A stretch of 61,565 nucleotides of DNA from Candidatus Caccoplasma merdipullorum (GCA_017694415.1 JADIMW010000068.1:1-61565), one strand, 5' to 3'; shown: positions 47,720-59,269, counted from the stretch's first letter. Notes: generated by a model not told the origin, from the letters alone. A program made the numbers and translations.

Positions 47720-49627
47720 ATGCTTGAATCAGATATTTATTCCATATTGAAGCGTTACTGGGGGTATGATTCTTTCAGACCTTTGCAGGAGGATATTATC
47801 AAATCTGTCCTTTCGGGAAAGGATACTTTGGCTCTGATGCCCACAGGCGGCGGAAAGTCCATTACCTTTCAGGTTCCGGCTCTTGCTCTGGAGGGGACAT
47901 GTATCGTCATTACTCCGCTTATTGCTCTTATGGAGGACCAAGTAGCCAATCTCAGAAGGATAGATGTAAAGGCGGCGCACATACACTCGGGCATGACGCG
48001 CAATGAAATTGCAACGACTCTCGAAAACTGCATATACGGAAACTACAAATTGCTTTATGTCTCACCGGAGAGACTTGCAAGCGAAATTTTCATCGAGAAA
48101 CTTAAATTGATGCGGGTATCGATGATTGTTGTGGATGAGGCTCACTGTATATCGCAATGGGGGTATGATTTTCGCCCGGCATATCTTAATATAGGAGAAC
48201 TCCGCAAGTTGCTTCCCGACAAGCCTGTTCTGGCTCTTACTGCCACTGCGACGCCTGAAGTGGCTACAGATATTCAAAAAAATCTGTTTTTCAGAGAAGA
48301 GCTCCTTTTTAAAACAAGTTTTGCTCGTCCCAACATAGCTTATGTGGTTAGAAAGACTGATGACAAAATTGCCGAACTGGTCGGAATTTTAAAGAAAGTT
48401 CCGGGAAGCGCCATTGTTTATGTCCGCAACAGGCGGAGATGCAAAGAGATTGCCTCCGAACTGCAAGAACGCGATATTAGTGCAGATTTTTTCCATGCGG
48501 GACTCGATTCGCGTATTAAAAGGAAAAAACAACAACTGTGGAAAGACGGGGCATGTCGGGTAATTGTTGCAACCAACGCTTTCGGCATGGGGATAGACAA
48601 ACCCGATGTAAGGGTGGTGGTTCATATAGATTTGCCTAATTCGCCTGAAGAGTATTTTCAGGAAGCCGGCAGATGCGGTCGCGACGGAAAAAAATCGTAC
48701 GCCGTTGCCTTGTACTCCGATAAGGATAAACAGGTACTTAAAAAGAGAATTATCGATACTTTTCCCGAAAAGGAGTTTATCCTGCAAGTATATGAATCAT
48801 TGTGCAATTATCTGCAGGTTGCCGTCGGCTTTGGAGAAGGGGGAATGCACGATTTTGAAATAAACAGTTTCAGGGAGCGGTACGGCTACCCTCTCCTGCC
48901 GTTATATAATGCCTTGAAGATATTGGAACTGTGCGGATATATTGAATATGTGGAGAATGTCGATACGTCGGCAAGACTGATGATTATCGTGGACAGAGAG
49001 GAGCTTTACAGGTGGTCGCCGGTAAACCCGACAGATGAAACTGTTCTGGAATGTGTAATGCGTTCGTACAGCGGTCTTTTTACCGAATATTCACCTGTTC
49101 AGGCCGATGTTATTGCAAGACGCACCGGCTTGTCGGCTGATGAAGTTTATAAGTCGTTAGTATCCATATCGAAACAGAAAATAATACATTACATCCCCCG
49201 CAAACAAACACCATATATCTATTTTTCTGCTCCGCGCGAGGAGCAGAAATATGTATCTATTCCCAAAGCCGTTTATGAAGAGAGGAAAGAACGGTTTGTC
49301 AAAAGGATAGAAATGATGATTAAGTATGTTACGCACGATAAAAAATGCCGGCAACTGATGTTGTTGGAATATTTCGGAGAGAAAGGCGGCAGACCTTGCG
49401 GAATGTGCGATAATTGTCTGAAACGTGAAAGTGATGAAATATCCGAAAAGGAATTTGCCGAGATAATGCATGCAATAAAAATATTGCTTGCAAAAAAGAA
49501 TATGTCTGCAAGAGAGATTGCCGAGGAACTGCCGTACAGGAAGGAAAACGTAATAGAGGTTTTGCGCTTTCTGTCGGACGAAGGATATATCGGCAACGAT
49601 GATGGTTTATATTTTCAGTGGAACTAA
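47720..49627 (+). CDS. RecQ family ATP-dependent DNA helicase
   Basis: MPTGGGKS, DEAHCISQWGYDFRP, QEAGRCGRDG, CR..CG.CDNC; start placed at MLESD. Confidence 0.96.
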   Translation: MLESDIYSILKRYWGYDSFRPLQEDIIKSVLSGKDTLALMPTGGGKSITFQVPALALEGTCIVITPLIALMEDQVANLRRIDVKAAHIHSGMTRNEIATTLENCIYGNYKLLYVSPERLASEIFIEKLKLMRVSMIVVDEAHCISQWGYDFRPAYLNIGELRKLLPDKPVLALTATATPEVATDIQKNLFFREELLFKTSFARPNIAYVVRKTDDKIAELVGILKKVPGSAIVYVRNRRRCKEIASELQERDISADFFHAGLDSRIKRKKQQLWKDGACRVIVATNAFGMGIDKPDVRVVVHIDLPNSPEEYFQEAGRCGRDGKKSYAVALYSDKDKQVLKKRIIDTFPEKEFILQVYESLCNYLQVAVGFGEGGMHDFEINSFRERYGYPLLPLYNALKILELCGYIEYVENVDTSARLMIIVDREELYRWSPVNPTDETVLECVMRSYSGLFTEYSPVQADVIARRTGLSADEVYKSLVSISKQKIIHYIPRKQTPYIYFSAPREEQKYVSIPKAVYEERKERFVKRIEMMIKYVTHDKKCRQLMLLEYFGEKGGRPCGMCDNCLKRESDEISEKEFAEIMHAIKILLAKKNMSAREIAEELPYRKENVIEVLRFLSDEGYIGNDDGLYFQWN

Positions 49628-49813
49628 CTCGGATATAACTTCAATATGTCGGGATTAGAAACTGCTTGCGGATTGCCCTGTGGCCATTTTTATAATCGGA
49701 CGCATAAATACCTAAAGCAATGTTTTCGGATTTTCAGTCAATCATAGAAATTTATTATAATTGAAACAGATAAACCTCTTGTAAATAAACTTACACTATC
49801 GTCCCGTAATAAA

Positions 49814-49845
49814 AACGGAGAGGAACCGACAGGTCTCTCTCCGTT
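49814..49845 (-). terminator. Intrinsic terminator for the DUF4878-like gene
   Basis: AACGGAGAG/CTCTCCGTT inverted repeat with an A-run on its left. Confidence 0.65.
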
Positions 49846-49866
49846 CTTCTGTTTCATGAACGATTG

Positions 49867-50274
49867 TTATTTACCGACATCCATAAGCCATTCGTCGCCG
49901 ACCTTAACCATCTTCTGGTCGTCTTCAGTTTCACTGCCGTCGCCGAATACTTGTTTGAATTTAACTACTGCCGTGTTACCGTCTTCTGATATTTCTTCGG
50001 AAAGAACTACAATTTCTTTCAATCCTCCTTTTTTATCAAGAGACGATTTTCCTTTGCTTTCAATCATCTCTTTGTAACTCTCGCGTATGGCATCGGCTTT
50101 TTCCTTGTTTTCGTCGGAAATATATATTCCGCTTGTAAGTTTGTCATAATCTCCGCTTACCATACCTGAGGAATAGTTTTCAAATGCTGCCGACGGGGTT
50201 GAATTTGATCCGGAACACGATACCATAAGCAACATGGCGGCAAATACTGCGCTTAAATAAATAAATCTTTTCAT
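49867..50274 (-). CDS. DUF4878-like (NTF2-fold) lipoprotein
   Basis: Lipobox VSC; KGGLKEI..LSEEI.EDGNTAVV...MVKVGDEW. Confidence 0.8.
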   Translation of the reverse strand: MKRFIYLSAVFAAMLLMVSCSGSNSTPSAAFENYSSGMVSGDYDKLTSGIYISDENKEKADAIRESYKEMIESKGKSSLDKKGGLKEIVVLSEEISEDGNTAVVKFKQVFGDGSETEDDQKMVKVGDEWLMDVGK

Positions 50275-50321
50275 CGTACTAAATAATTTAATTAATGAAT
50301 AATATTGGGGTCTTGTATATG

Positions 50322-50972
50322 CTATCTTATAAACTGGTATATCAATTCAAGTTTTTTATTCCCGGATATATCTCCGGGCATTATGTATATTCCTCCCAAT
50401 GCGGGAATGTGCGCTACCGTCCTTCTCCCTTCGGAAAGATCAATTCCGCTTTCGGCATACACGAAATTTACCATTTCCGTACAATACATCTTCGTCGTAT
50501 CGTCCAGATTGTAGTCATGGTCGAAGAGCGTTCCCCGTTTTGCTATCTCCACGGCATGTTCTGCGGCACGATGCACTGAGGCTGTATCGCCGTCATATCT
50601 CATTATTGCCCCGCGTGATGCCTTGTCGAATGCGTAAAACTTCGATAGAGGTTCTATTTTTACCCTGTCAACGTCTCCTTCAAACTCCAATTCATCCGGA
50701 ACGGCGTGGACGACATACCACTTTCCGTCTATCTGTTTTAAAATACCAACATGTGAGAAAACACCTTTTTCATCTGCCGCAAGTACCACCCTGCTCAATA
50801 TTCCCATTCCGCGTCTGAATGCCAAATCGCCATCGGAAAATTCATCTTCCGGAAAAACCGCTTCATCTTTTGTGTCTTTTCGGGAACATGAGATTACAGT
50901 TCCAGATATCATCAGAAATATTATAATGATATATTTTTTCATTTTCCATAGTATGGCAAAAGTCTTAATCAA
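50322..50972 (-). CDS. Permuted papain-like NlpC/P60 (YiiX/YebB-like) lipoprotein
   Basis: DGDLAFRRG, FSHVGI, FDHDY...MYCTEMV (His before Cys); the true start may be MKKYII. Confidence 0.88.
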   Translation of the reverse strand: MIKTFAILWKMKKYIIIIFLMISGTVISCSRKDTKDEAVFPEDEFSDGDLAFRRGMGILSRVVLAADEKGVFSHVGILKQIDGKWYVVHAVPDELEFEGDVDRVKIEPLSKFYAFDKASRGAIMRYDGDTASVHRAAEHAVEIAKRGTLFDHDYNLDDTTKMYCTEMVNFVYAESGIDLSEGRRTVAHIPALGGIYIMPGDISGNKKLELIYQFIR

Positions 50973-51388
50973 ATATTTCGTATCCGACCAATGTCAAAAA
51001 CAGGATGTAACCGGCATTTTCCAACTTGAAAATTTCCTTTTTCAGTCCTCCCCTGCTCTCATCTTTCGCTGTCTTCAACCAAACGAACTTTGTCAAACAT
51101 CATTCTATATTTTACAAATATATATATTTATATTCTTTTAGACAAGGGATGTGTTTTTTTACTATATAAATATATGCTTTTTTATATTAAACAAATTTAT
51201 ACAATATAATCGCGAATGGAAGTTTAACTGGTATGAGACATTTTAATTATAAAATTCTTTTGTCCGAATACTGTTTGATGAATAGCATATGTTGGGCTTG
51301 CATAATGGATTCAGGAACATTTAAGGAGATTAACAGCTTTCCTGCTCACGACCGCCGTATGTTGTTTTATTTTCGTTTTTGTTAAACT

Positions 51389-51425
51389 AAACGGGCTGTG
51401 CCGATGTATCTGGCACAGCCCGTTT
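51389..51425 (-). terminator. Intrinsic terminator after the T9SS protein gene
   Basis: AAACGGGCTGTGCC/GGCACAGCCCGTTT inverted repeat. Confidence 0.8.
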
Positions 51426-51457
51426 CCCGGATTTGTTAATGTTATTTTTTAAATGAT

Positions 51458-54400
51458 TTATCTTACTATCACCTTCTTTACTTCCGATGAATCGCTTGTT
51501 TCAACTTTTACGAGATAGACTCCGGCAGGGAGTTGTATTTCGGCATTTCCTATAACATTATACCCTTTCTTGTAGATAAGTCCCGATTTTGCATCTATTA
51601 CATCGACTGTTGCATTTGTTGATGATGCCAGATATATTTTACCGCTTCCTCCTATTACCGAGAACGGCATATCGGTTATCTCTTCTACTCCCGATGTCGG
51701 ATTGTCTACATCGAGTATGAAATCGACTATTCCTCCTGCGTTATTCAATATAGAGTTCCCGCTATCGAAACGTCCGCACGGATCTGTGCTGTCCCAGTCG
51801 AGTTTGAAACGTATTCTGTATTCTCCCGACGCGTCCTCCGGAACGACAAATGTACCCATTCCTGCCGACCCGTCTTGTGCAGCAGTTGCTCCTGCCGAGT
51901 TTACTCCGTCGATATAGTTAAACGATACCAGCTCTTTCCAATCGGCCGAAGTACCTACATCGAAAGTATAGTTGCGATCCCAATCGACATATACATATTT
52001 ATGCATCCATGCTCCGTTAAAGGTCAATGTCGGGGTAAGCACATCGCCCGGCGAGCATTTAAGCACCTGATCGGTGTGGTCTTCATACACGCACCTGTGG
52101 GCATCTTGCGACAAACCGTTTATACTGATGGTTTGTGCCTCTCCGTTATAGGTAGCTCCTGTTATCTTCACTGCTGTCAGATACCTGTTGTCATTCCCTT
52201 CGGATGCCGGACGATCGGTTCTCGTAATTGTTGCAGTGGAGGTACAATATGCTTTTTCTCTTGTTGTTACTACCACGTTGGCGCCTGATGATGACGCGCT
52301 GACTGTTGCCGTATATACATTATCGCCCGATTCGGTATATGCTACGGGAACTCCATTTACACGTATCTTGTCGAGGAGATAATTTTCATCCGTTATGGAA
52401 ACCTCGATATTCAACGACTCGCCTGCTTCTACTTCATCACCGCTCGACATGGGGTTTCCTTCGGAATCTGTTATTGCAACAGTACAACCTTCGCCTTGGG
52501 ACAATGTCAATTTCGGTACTGATGTCGGCGGAACGGATGAGTTTATTCGGAATGTAAACAGTGTCCCGCGACGGCGTGCCTGACACGGACCGCCTCCGAG
52601 AGTATTATATGCAGGTGCTTCACCGGAGCATAATCTCATTCCGAAACACCCTATTGCAACATCGTCGGGAACGGTTATTTCCGTAAGTTTGTTTTTAACT
52701 ACTGCTCCGGGGTTGTTAAACAACTCGTATGCTTCTGTTGTAGTATTCCATTCTCCGTCCATGTTCCAATCGACATATGCGATTCCTTGCGCCCATGAAG
52801 AGTGAGGATCGCCTCCCGATACATATAGTTGAATGACATCTCCCGGACAAACTTCTGCTATACATGAGCCGGAAAGGTCGGTTATGGCACTGCTTCCTTT
52901 GGAGAATGTAAATGCTTGTACTCCGTTTACGCTCAATGATCCGCCTGAAATTCCATAGTGGTCGCCATCACCGTTATTGGGGGTTGTTCCTGCACAATAT
53001 TCGGGGAATTTGGCTTCAACTTTCATGGTAAGATTAAGATCTTCGTCAAGTCCGGTTAATGGAAGAGGATTGTTCGAGGTCATGGTTGCACCATAAGGCA
53101 TACCGTCCTTGAGCCACTGTACGAACTGGAATCCTTCTCCGGGAACGCAGGTTATTTCGACATTTGTTCCTGCGGCATATTTTCCGTCTGTTCCGGGTTC
53201 AGGCGACAGTGTAAATGTTGCGGCTCCGCTTATGCTCGGAACTGCATTGATGGAGAATCGTTCGTCATCGCCCGGGGTTACCGTTACCATAAAGTCATAT
53301 ACGGCACCTGTTCCTACGGCATCACAAGATGATGTTTCGGTAAGTTCGTTGTCTGTCATTATCAGACGCAGATATACGTCTCCTTTTACAGCATCGTCCG
53401 GCACTGTTACGTTGAACGTATTGGAGCTTGATGTTATGTTGTATGACCCGATATATTCGTCTGAATCGAACGAATGGCTCTTATCCCAGTCGGCCCATAA
53501 AGCTACATTGGCAGATGAAAGTGCGGCTGACGAATTTGCTTTTTCTATATAAAGCGAGAATGTTGTTCCACGTTTTACGTTTACGCCGCCCAATATCGAC
53601 AATCTCTGGATATTGGAGGATATTCCGTCTTCTGATGACGTGCTGCTTCCTACATAGTACAAAGCGGATTGCGATGCCGGGGTTATTGAGGCCTTACCCA
53701 GATAATATTTCGCCGGTGTCTGATATTCCGGCATGCAGAACGGTATTTCTTCGAACCTTGCTACCAGAATGATATTGTAGTCGGGACTGAACCGATATTC
53801 TGTATCGACGCTAACCAGACCTCCGGTTTCCTGATTGTACCAGCCTTTAAACCTGTATCCGGCATTAGGGGTGGCCGTAACTGTTATTGCGGTTTCTTTT
53901 TCAATCATAAGTTCCGTTACACCGCTTTCATATCCTTTGAATTTTACAGCACCCCAATCGCTTTGGTCGCTCTGACCGGTTATCTTTATTATCGGTCTTT
54001 CGGCATATTCCGATATTTCCATAGGAATATTTATTGCGTATCCATCTACTACGGAACTGCAACTTGAATATGCACCTCCTGCGACAGCATCATCGGAAGA
54101 GTCGGTCAATTTTATTCTTATCATGCAAGATGATACTGCCGTAGTTTCGGGAACGGTAATATCGGCAGTATATACTACCTCATCTCCTGAGGCAACGCCT
54201 GATATGCGTCCTATATATTCGCCTTCGGATACAAATTCCTTATCCGCATTGAAGTCGGCATATACATCGGCCACCCATGCTTCGTTTGTTCCGGAATTGC
54301 TCTTTTGTACGAATTCGACGGTGAACTCCCCGCCGGGAATAGCAACTATCGAACCTGATGCGTATTTTTCATATACGGCAGTTCTGGCATCGGATGTTAT

Positions 54401-55084
54401 CGATATATCGGTTGATGCACCTGTGGTTGTTATGCTTGATATGTAACGGTCGGACGTGATTGTTCCTCCAACATTGCAGTAATCGCTAACCGAGCGGGAT
54501 TCGCTCGACGAATTTATTACTATTTCATCGATGTATATATCTATATCGGACGACAGTCGGTTTACCGACGACTCGAGGTCGGGATAAAGCACCAGTCGAT
54601 CTATCGTATAGTTGCTGCCTTTTACTGCAAATACGGCATCGCTCCATGCTCCTGCCCGGGATTCGGATGAGGATAATGCTTGGAACTGGAACGTATTGTT
54701 CTCGGTATCCAAACCTCTCAACAGTATCCGGCTCGATACGGGTTTGTATATAAATATATGTACGTATTGTGTTTCGGTTGTGAGATTGAACGGGGTCTCG
54801 AGTTTTATTTCAACGCCGTTTCTGTCTCCTGCGTAATACGGACGAATATAATGCAACACTTTTGATGTCGGGTTCATATTGTCGGCATACGGGTTGTCTA
54901 TAACTTCGGGAGCATTGCTGCATTGTCCGGTATTGAATGGAGATGCCTCCCATGTATCCACGAACTTGGTTCCGGATGTCATTCCGTTCTCAAATGTTGC
55001 AAGAACGGTCTCTTGTGCTACTGCTTGAGATGTCAAAACAGATATGGCCAGCAGTAATACACTTATATTAAATATTTTTCTCAT
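51458..55084 (-). CDS. T9SS-secreted multidomain protein with four GEVED-like domains
   Basis: Signal peptide; repeated (A/V)D(W/F)[ND].D..F...E and R.R..L motifs; PxxGY.F..W repeats; C-terminal LPAGVYLVKV...KKVIVR sorting domain. Confidence 0.85.
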   Translation of the reverse strand: MRKIFNISVLLLAISVLTSQAVAQETVLATFENGMTSGTKFVDTWEASPFNTGQCSNAPEVIDNPYADNMNPTSKVLHYIRPYYAGDRNGVEIKLETPFNLTTETQYVHIFIYKPVSSRILLRGLDTENNTFQFQALSSSESRAGAWSDAVFAVKGSNYTIDRLVLYPDLESSVNRLSSDIDIYIDEIVINSSSESRSVSDYCNVGGTITSDRYISSITTTGASTDISITSDARTAVYEKYASGSIVAIPGGEFTVEFVQKSNSGTNEAWVADVYADFNADKEFVSEGEYIGRISGVASGDEVVYTADITVPETTAVSSCMIRIKLTDSSDDAVAGGAYSSCSSVVDGYAINIPMEISEYAERPIIKITGQSDQSDWGAVKFKGYESGVTELMIEKETAITVTATPNAGYRFKGWYNQETGGLVSVDTEYRFSPDYNIILVARFEEIPFCMPEYQTPAKYYLGKASITPASQSALYYVGSSTSSEDGISSNIQRLSILGGVNVKRGTTFSLYIEKANSSAALSSANVALWADWDKSHSFDSDEYIGSYNITSSSNTFNVTVPDDAVKGDVYLRLIMTDNELTETSSCDAVGTGAVYDFMVTVTPGDDERFSINAVPSISGAATFTLSPEPGTDGKYAAGTNVEITCVPGEGFQFVQWLKDGMPYGATMTSNNPLPLTGLDEDLNLTMKVEAKFPEYCAGTTPNNGDGDHYGISGGSLSVNGVQAFTFSKGSSAITDLSGSCIAEVCPGDVIQLYVSGGDPHSSWAQGIAYVDWNMDGEWNTTTEAYELFNNPGAVVKNKLTEITVPDDVAIGCFGMRLCSGEAPAYNTLGGGPCQARRRGTLFTFRINSSVPPTSVPKLTLSQGEGCTVAITDSEGNPMSSGDEVEAGESLNIEVSITDENYLLDKIRVNGVPVAYTESGDNVYTATVSASSSGANVVVTTREKAYCTSTATITRTDRPASEGNDNRYLTAVKITGATYNGEAQTISINGLSQDAHRCVYEDHTDQVLKCSPGDVLTPTLTFNGAWMHKYVYVDWDRNYTFDVGTSADWKELVSFNYIDGVNSAGATAAQDGSAGMGTFVVPEDASGEYRIRFKLDWDSTDPCGRFDSGNSILNNAGGIVDFILDVDNPTSGVEEITDMPFSVIGGSGKIYLASSTNATVDVIDAKSGLIYKKGYNVIGNAEIQLPAGVYLVKVETSDSSEVKKVIVR

Positions 55085-55105
55085 ATTAGTCTTGTATTTT
55101 CAAAA

Positions 55106-56581
55106 TTAATAAACCGATATTCTGCTTATAAGCGGGCAAACTTTGCTGTCTGTTATTGATACTCGCACTTTCGATGTAGATACGGGAGAGGAGAGTTTTA
55201 TTATACGTTTGTGGCCTATCGTTGTTGTCTCCTCCGTGGTGGATGCTTTTTGCCATGCGCTTCCAGACCATGTATATATTTCGAAACTTTTTACTCGTTG
55301 TCCCAAACGGATATATTCTCCCAAACGTATATAGTTTACGGTTTGTGTGGAACCTAAGTCTATATCGACCGTTCCGGATGTCTGCCCGTCTTCAAGAGCC
55401 CAGTATGTATCGTCATTGCCGTCAGTAACATTGGAGGCTGCGAATTTCCCTGAAACGGAACTCGAACGTTCGGCAGATGCTGTTGCCGATTTTCCGGATG
55501 CGAGATCTGTGCCAAATGCCCGATCCAACAGAGTCTTGAATTCTCTCATCCTCGTTACAGTTGCATCGGACAACCTGCCGTCTCTTCCCGGAGGGAAATT
55601 CAGTATCAGGTTGGAATTTCGTCCTACTGAAGTCATATATATATTGAACAACTGTTGTGCTGTTTTCAAGTTGGAATCGGATGTCGTGCTTGCAAACCAT
55701 CCGGGACCGTTTTTGGCATCGCATTCCGAGGGGAGCCAGCGCCATCCGTCTTCGTCGCCGTATTCGTTTCCGTTAGCTCCGTTGTTATATATGCTCCACG
55801 AGGTCTCTCCGGCCCATCCTTCTTCGTTGCCGACCCACTGACAATCTTGTTGCCAACCCCATATTGCACAATCGGGCTGCAACTCCTTTATCATTTTGAA
55901 AGTAGTATTGAAATCGTAGTATGTATTGGCATCTATACTGCGGGTTTCACGGGCACCGCCGTAATATCCGTCACCACCGTTGGCTCCGTCGAACCACATT
56001 TCGAAAATATCACCGTAATTGGTACACAATTCGCGTATCTGATTGCGGAATGTCTGAACATATCCTGCACGTCCGTATTCGGCATGGTTTCTGTCCCACG
56101 GTGATATGTAAGCACCGAATTTCAGCCCCTGCCTGCGGCATTCAGCAGAAAGAAGTGCAGGTATATCCACATGACCATAGGTTGTCGTGTTGTTCTTTGT
56201 GGAATGTTCGGTAGTTTCGGTAAACCATGTACAAAATCCGTCGTGATGTTTACAGGTGATAATTATTCCTTTGCATCCGATGTTTTTTATTTCTGTTACC
56301 CATTGCTCTACATCCAGTTCGGCTGTAGGATTGAACGTGTTTATACTCTCGTCTCCATATCCCCACTCCTTGTTGGTATATGTATTTATCCCGTAATGGA
56401 TAAATGCATAAAATTCCATGTTGTGCCAAGCTATCTGCACCTCGCTTGGGACAGGGAATACCGGCTGCGGTATATTCTCTGACGATGATACATCGCATAA
56501 TTGCGAACTTTGTGCTTTTCCTCCCATGGCAAATATCATGAAAGCAGCACAGGCTAAAAAGACTCTTCGTTTCATGCTCAT
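55106..56581 (-). CDS. GH29 alpha-L-fucosidase with F5/8 type C domain
   Basis: FIHYGINTY..EWGYG, KHHDGFC, YISPWDR, WFDGANGG, SVGRNSNL.LN.PP. Confidence 0.95.
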   Translation of the reverse strand: MSMKRRVFLACAAFMIFAMGGKAQSSQLCDVSSSENIPQPVFPVPSEVQIAWHNMEFYAFIHYGINTYTNKEWGYGDESINTFNPTAELDVEQWVTEIKNIGCKGIIITCKHHDGFCTWFTETTEHSTKNNTTTYGHVDIPALLSAECRRQGLKFGAYISPWDRNHAEYGRAGYVQTFRNQIRELCTNYGDIFEMWFDGANGGDGYYGGARETRSIDANTYYDFNTTFKMIKELQPDCAIWGWQQDCQWVGNEEGWAGETSWSIYNNGANGNEYGDEDGWRWLPSECDAKNGPGWFASTTSDSNLKTAQQLFNIYMTSVGRNSNLILNFPPGRDGRLSDATVTRMREFKTLLDRAFGTDLASGKSATASAERSSSVSGKFAASNVTDGNDDTYWALEDGQTSGTVDIDLGSTQTVNYIRLGEYIRLGQRVKSFEIYTWSGSAWQKASTTEETTTIGHKRIIKLSSPVSTSKVRVSITDSKVCPLISRISVY

Positions 56582-57407
56582 TATAAAATTTTAATGGTAA
56601 TTATTTTATTGTTTGCATTATGCTTTTTTAATCACTACTGTATTACACCAACAGGCACATTTTGCATTCTACGCTTTAAACGTTGCAAATATTTTATCCT
56701 AATAAAGTGCGTCCGACGGGTACTGCCCGGGACTTTATTTAAGGATAACCGTTTCGCAATTTTGCGATGCGACTTCTCTGCTATTGCGGCAATATATTAT
56801 AATTGCCGCGATTTTATCTGCAGTATTATCGCAAAATTGCACATATACCCAGTTACAAAGATATATTATTTTGCGTTTTTTTCAAAAAATTATTCTTTGC
56901 TGTTTTTTGTTTTACTTAATATGCAAAAATAAGGAATATTCATTTATCTTCAGCATCATATACTGTTTTTTAATGGTATTTTGTATGATTGTATTCCGGC
57001 ATCTCTTTGCGAGCAACCCGATACTATAGGGAATTGCCGAAAGAATATGTCCGTAGTTTGCCGGCAGATATAATACGTCGGACTCAATTAACCATCGGAT
57101 ACTGGACGTGTTTTTTATATGGGCAGGATTAATCGTTAACGGCAACCCTCAGGCAAAGGGGTTATAAAGTTCTTAGATAGAACAATACACTTAATTATTG
57201 TAATACTCGCAACATTTACGATTTTACAGGAAAAGAAAAAACTCCTTTTTTTTGCGGCTGCTTCCTTTCTCTGTTTTAAGGCTTAACATGTGCCCGCAAT
57301 AATTTAATTGCGTTATTATTCTGTTTTTATTCGTAAATCACTGCGTTTTTACTAATTTTGTAACGGTCTTGCGCAACGGGAATTGTAACTGCACGTTATT
57401 TTGAGAT

Positions 57408-57938
57408 ATGCACGAAGATAAATCTAAAGAGGGTTTCCGACTGAAACTGACGCAATATTTGGAAAGTAATAAATGCAGGAAAACTCCCGAGCGTTATGCC
57501 ATAGCTGACATTGTATATGATACCGTCAAAAATTTCGATGCGGAATACATATTGGGGGAGGTGCGTAAAAAGGGGGTATTCATAAGCCTTGCCACGGTTT
57601 ATAATACGCTTTCTCTCATGGCATCGGCCGGTATGGTGAGACGTATCAACGTGAACGGCAAATATTGCTATGGGAAAGGAACCGATGCTCCTTCGTACAT
57701 ACATCTTTATTGTACGGAATGCGGCAAGATAAAAGATGTAAAGGATACTCAATTGCCGGAAATAACGATGACGAAGCGTTTTGGGAAATTTTCCGCTTCA
57801 TATGCCGTCGTTACGATATACGGATTGTGCAGTTCTTGTTCGAGGGCAAAGAGAAAAGCTGAATTGAAAGCCAATATTCTGGCGCGTGAAAGGAAGATTC
57901 AGGAGAACAAAAAGAAAAAGAACAATATTGGAAAATAA
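57408..57938 (+). CDS. Fur family transcriptional regulator
   Basis: RKTPERYAI, SLATVYNTL, HLYCTECG, GLCSSC. Confidence 0.93.
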   Translation: MHEDKSKEGFRLKLTQYLESNKCRKTPERYAIADIVYDTVKNFDAEYILGEVRKKGVFISLATVYNTLSLMASAGMVRRINVNGKYCYGKGTDAPSYIHLYCTECGKIKDVKDTQLPEITMTKRFGKFSASYAVVTIYGLCSSCSRAKRKAELKANILARERKIQENKKKKNNIGK

Positions 57939-57958
57939 TATTTTAAACTGATAAAAAC

Positions 57959-59227
57959 ATGAAAGCAGATGTCTTGTTAGGACTGCAATGGGGCGACGAA
58001 GGAAAGGGGAAGGTAGTGGATGTTCTTACCCCCAACTACAACGTAATAACCAGATTTCAGGGCGGGCCTAATGCCGGTCATACCTTAGTGTTCAACGGCC
58101 AGAAATATGTATTGAGATCGATTCCTTCCGGAATATTCCAAGGGGGGAAAATCAACATCATCGGCAACGGTGTTGTTCTTGACCCTGTCCTTTTCAAACA
58201 GGAGGCCGAAGCTCTTGCCGCAAGCGGACACGATTTGAGAGAGAGATTGTACATATCGAAAAAAGCACATATCATACTTCCCACTCACAGGCTTTTGGAT
58301 GCAGCTTACGAAGCAGCCAAAGGGGATGCGAAGATAGGGACTACCGGTAAGGGTATAGGTCCTACATATACCGACAAGATTAGCCGCAACGGACTTAGAA
58401 TCGGAGATATTCTTTGTGATTTTGACAAAAAGTATGCTGCCGCGAAGGCAAAACATGAAAGGATTCTCAAATCGCTCGACTTCAAATATAATATAGAAGA
58501 GGCCGAAAAGGAATTTTTCGAAGCTCTCGATTACATAAAAGAGTTCCGGCTTATCGACAGCGAGCATGTTATAAACCGTCTGCTGAACGAAGGTCAGAGC
58601 ATACTGGCCGAGGGGGCACAGGGGACGATGCTGGATGTCGATTTCGGGTCGTATCCTTTTGTAACCTCTTCCAATACAATCTGCGCGGGAGCATGCACGG
58701 GTCTTGGCATTGCTCCGACCAAAATAGGTAAAGTATATGGAATTTTCAAAGCATATTGTACTCGCGTGGGTAGCGGGCCGTTCCCTACCGAACTGTTCGA
58801 TGAAACGGGAGAGACAATCTGCAAAAGGGGATTCGAGTTCGGTGCTGTAACAGGACGCAAGCGTCGTTGCGGATGGATTGACCTCGTAGCTCTCAAATAT
58901 GCAATAATGATAAACGGCGTAACCGACCTTATAATGATGAAGAGCGACGTTCTCGACGGATTCGAGACCGTAAAGGCATGTGTGGCATATAAGACCAAAG
59001 ACGGCATAACGGAGGAATTCCCGTTCGACATCAAAGAGGAAGTTGAACCTGTATATACCGAAATGCCGGGATGGAACTGCGATATGACGAAAGTCAAAAG
59101 CGAGAATGAATTTCCGGAAGAGTTCAACGCATATATTGCATTCCTTGAATCGGAGCTTAAAGTGCCTATAAAAATTGTATCCGTCGGGCCGGACAGGGAA
59201 CAGACAATAATAAGGCACAACGACTAA
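57959..59227 (+). CDS. purA: Adenylosuccinate synthetase
   Basis: GLQWGDEGKGK, GGPNAGHT, EGAQG, TGRKRRCGW. Confidence 0.99.
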   Translation: MKADVLLGLQWGDEGKGKVVDVLTPNYNVITRFQGGPNAGHTLVFNGQKYVLRSIPSGIFQGGKINIIGNGVVLDPVLFKQEAEALAASGHDLRERLYISKKAHIILPTHRLLDAAYEAAKGDAKIGTTGKGIGPTYTDKISRNGLRIGDILCDFDKKYAAAKAKHERILKSLDFKYNIEEAEKEFFEALDYIKEFRLIDSEHVINRLLNEGQSILAEGAQGTMLDVDFGSYPFVTSSNTICAGACTGLGIAPTKIGKVYGIFKAYCTRVGSGPFPTELFDETGETICKRGFEFGAVTGRKRRCGWIDLVALKYAIMINGVTDLIMMKSDVLDGFETVKACVAYKTKDGITEEFPFDIKEEVEPVYTEMPGWNCDMTKVKSENEFPEEFNAYIAFLESELKVPIKIVSVGPDREQTIIRHND

Positions 59228-59269
59228 GGTAAATGATTGCTTTACTGAAAGTTTCTAAATAACAAAATA

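Noticed and set aside
56600-57400. 800 bp intergenic region as ncRNA or gene (GGGAATTGCCG/CGGCAACCC pairing at ~57028/57140)
   Set aside because: No recognisable RNA family, promoter-terminator pair or credible ORF; an Rfam/Infernal search would be needed.
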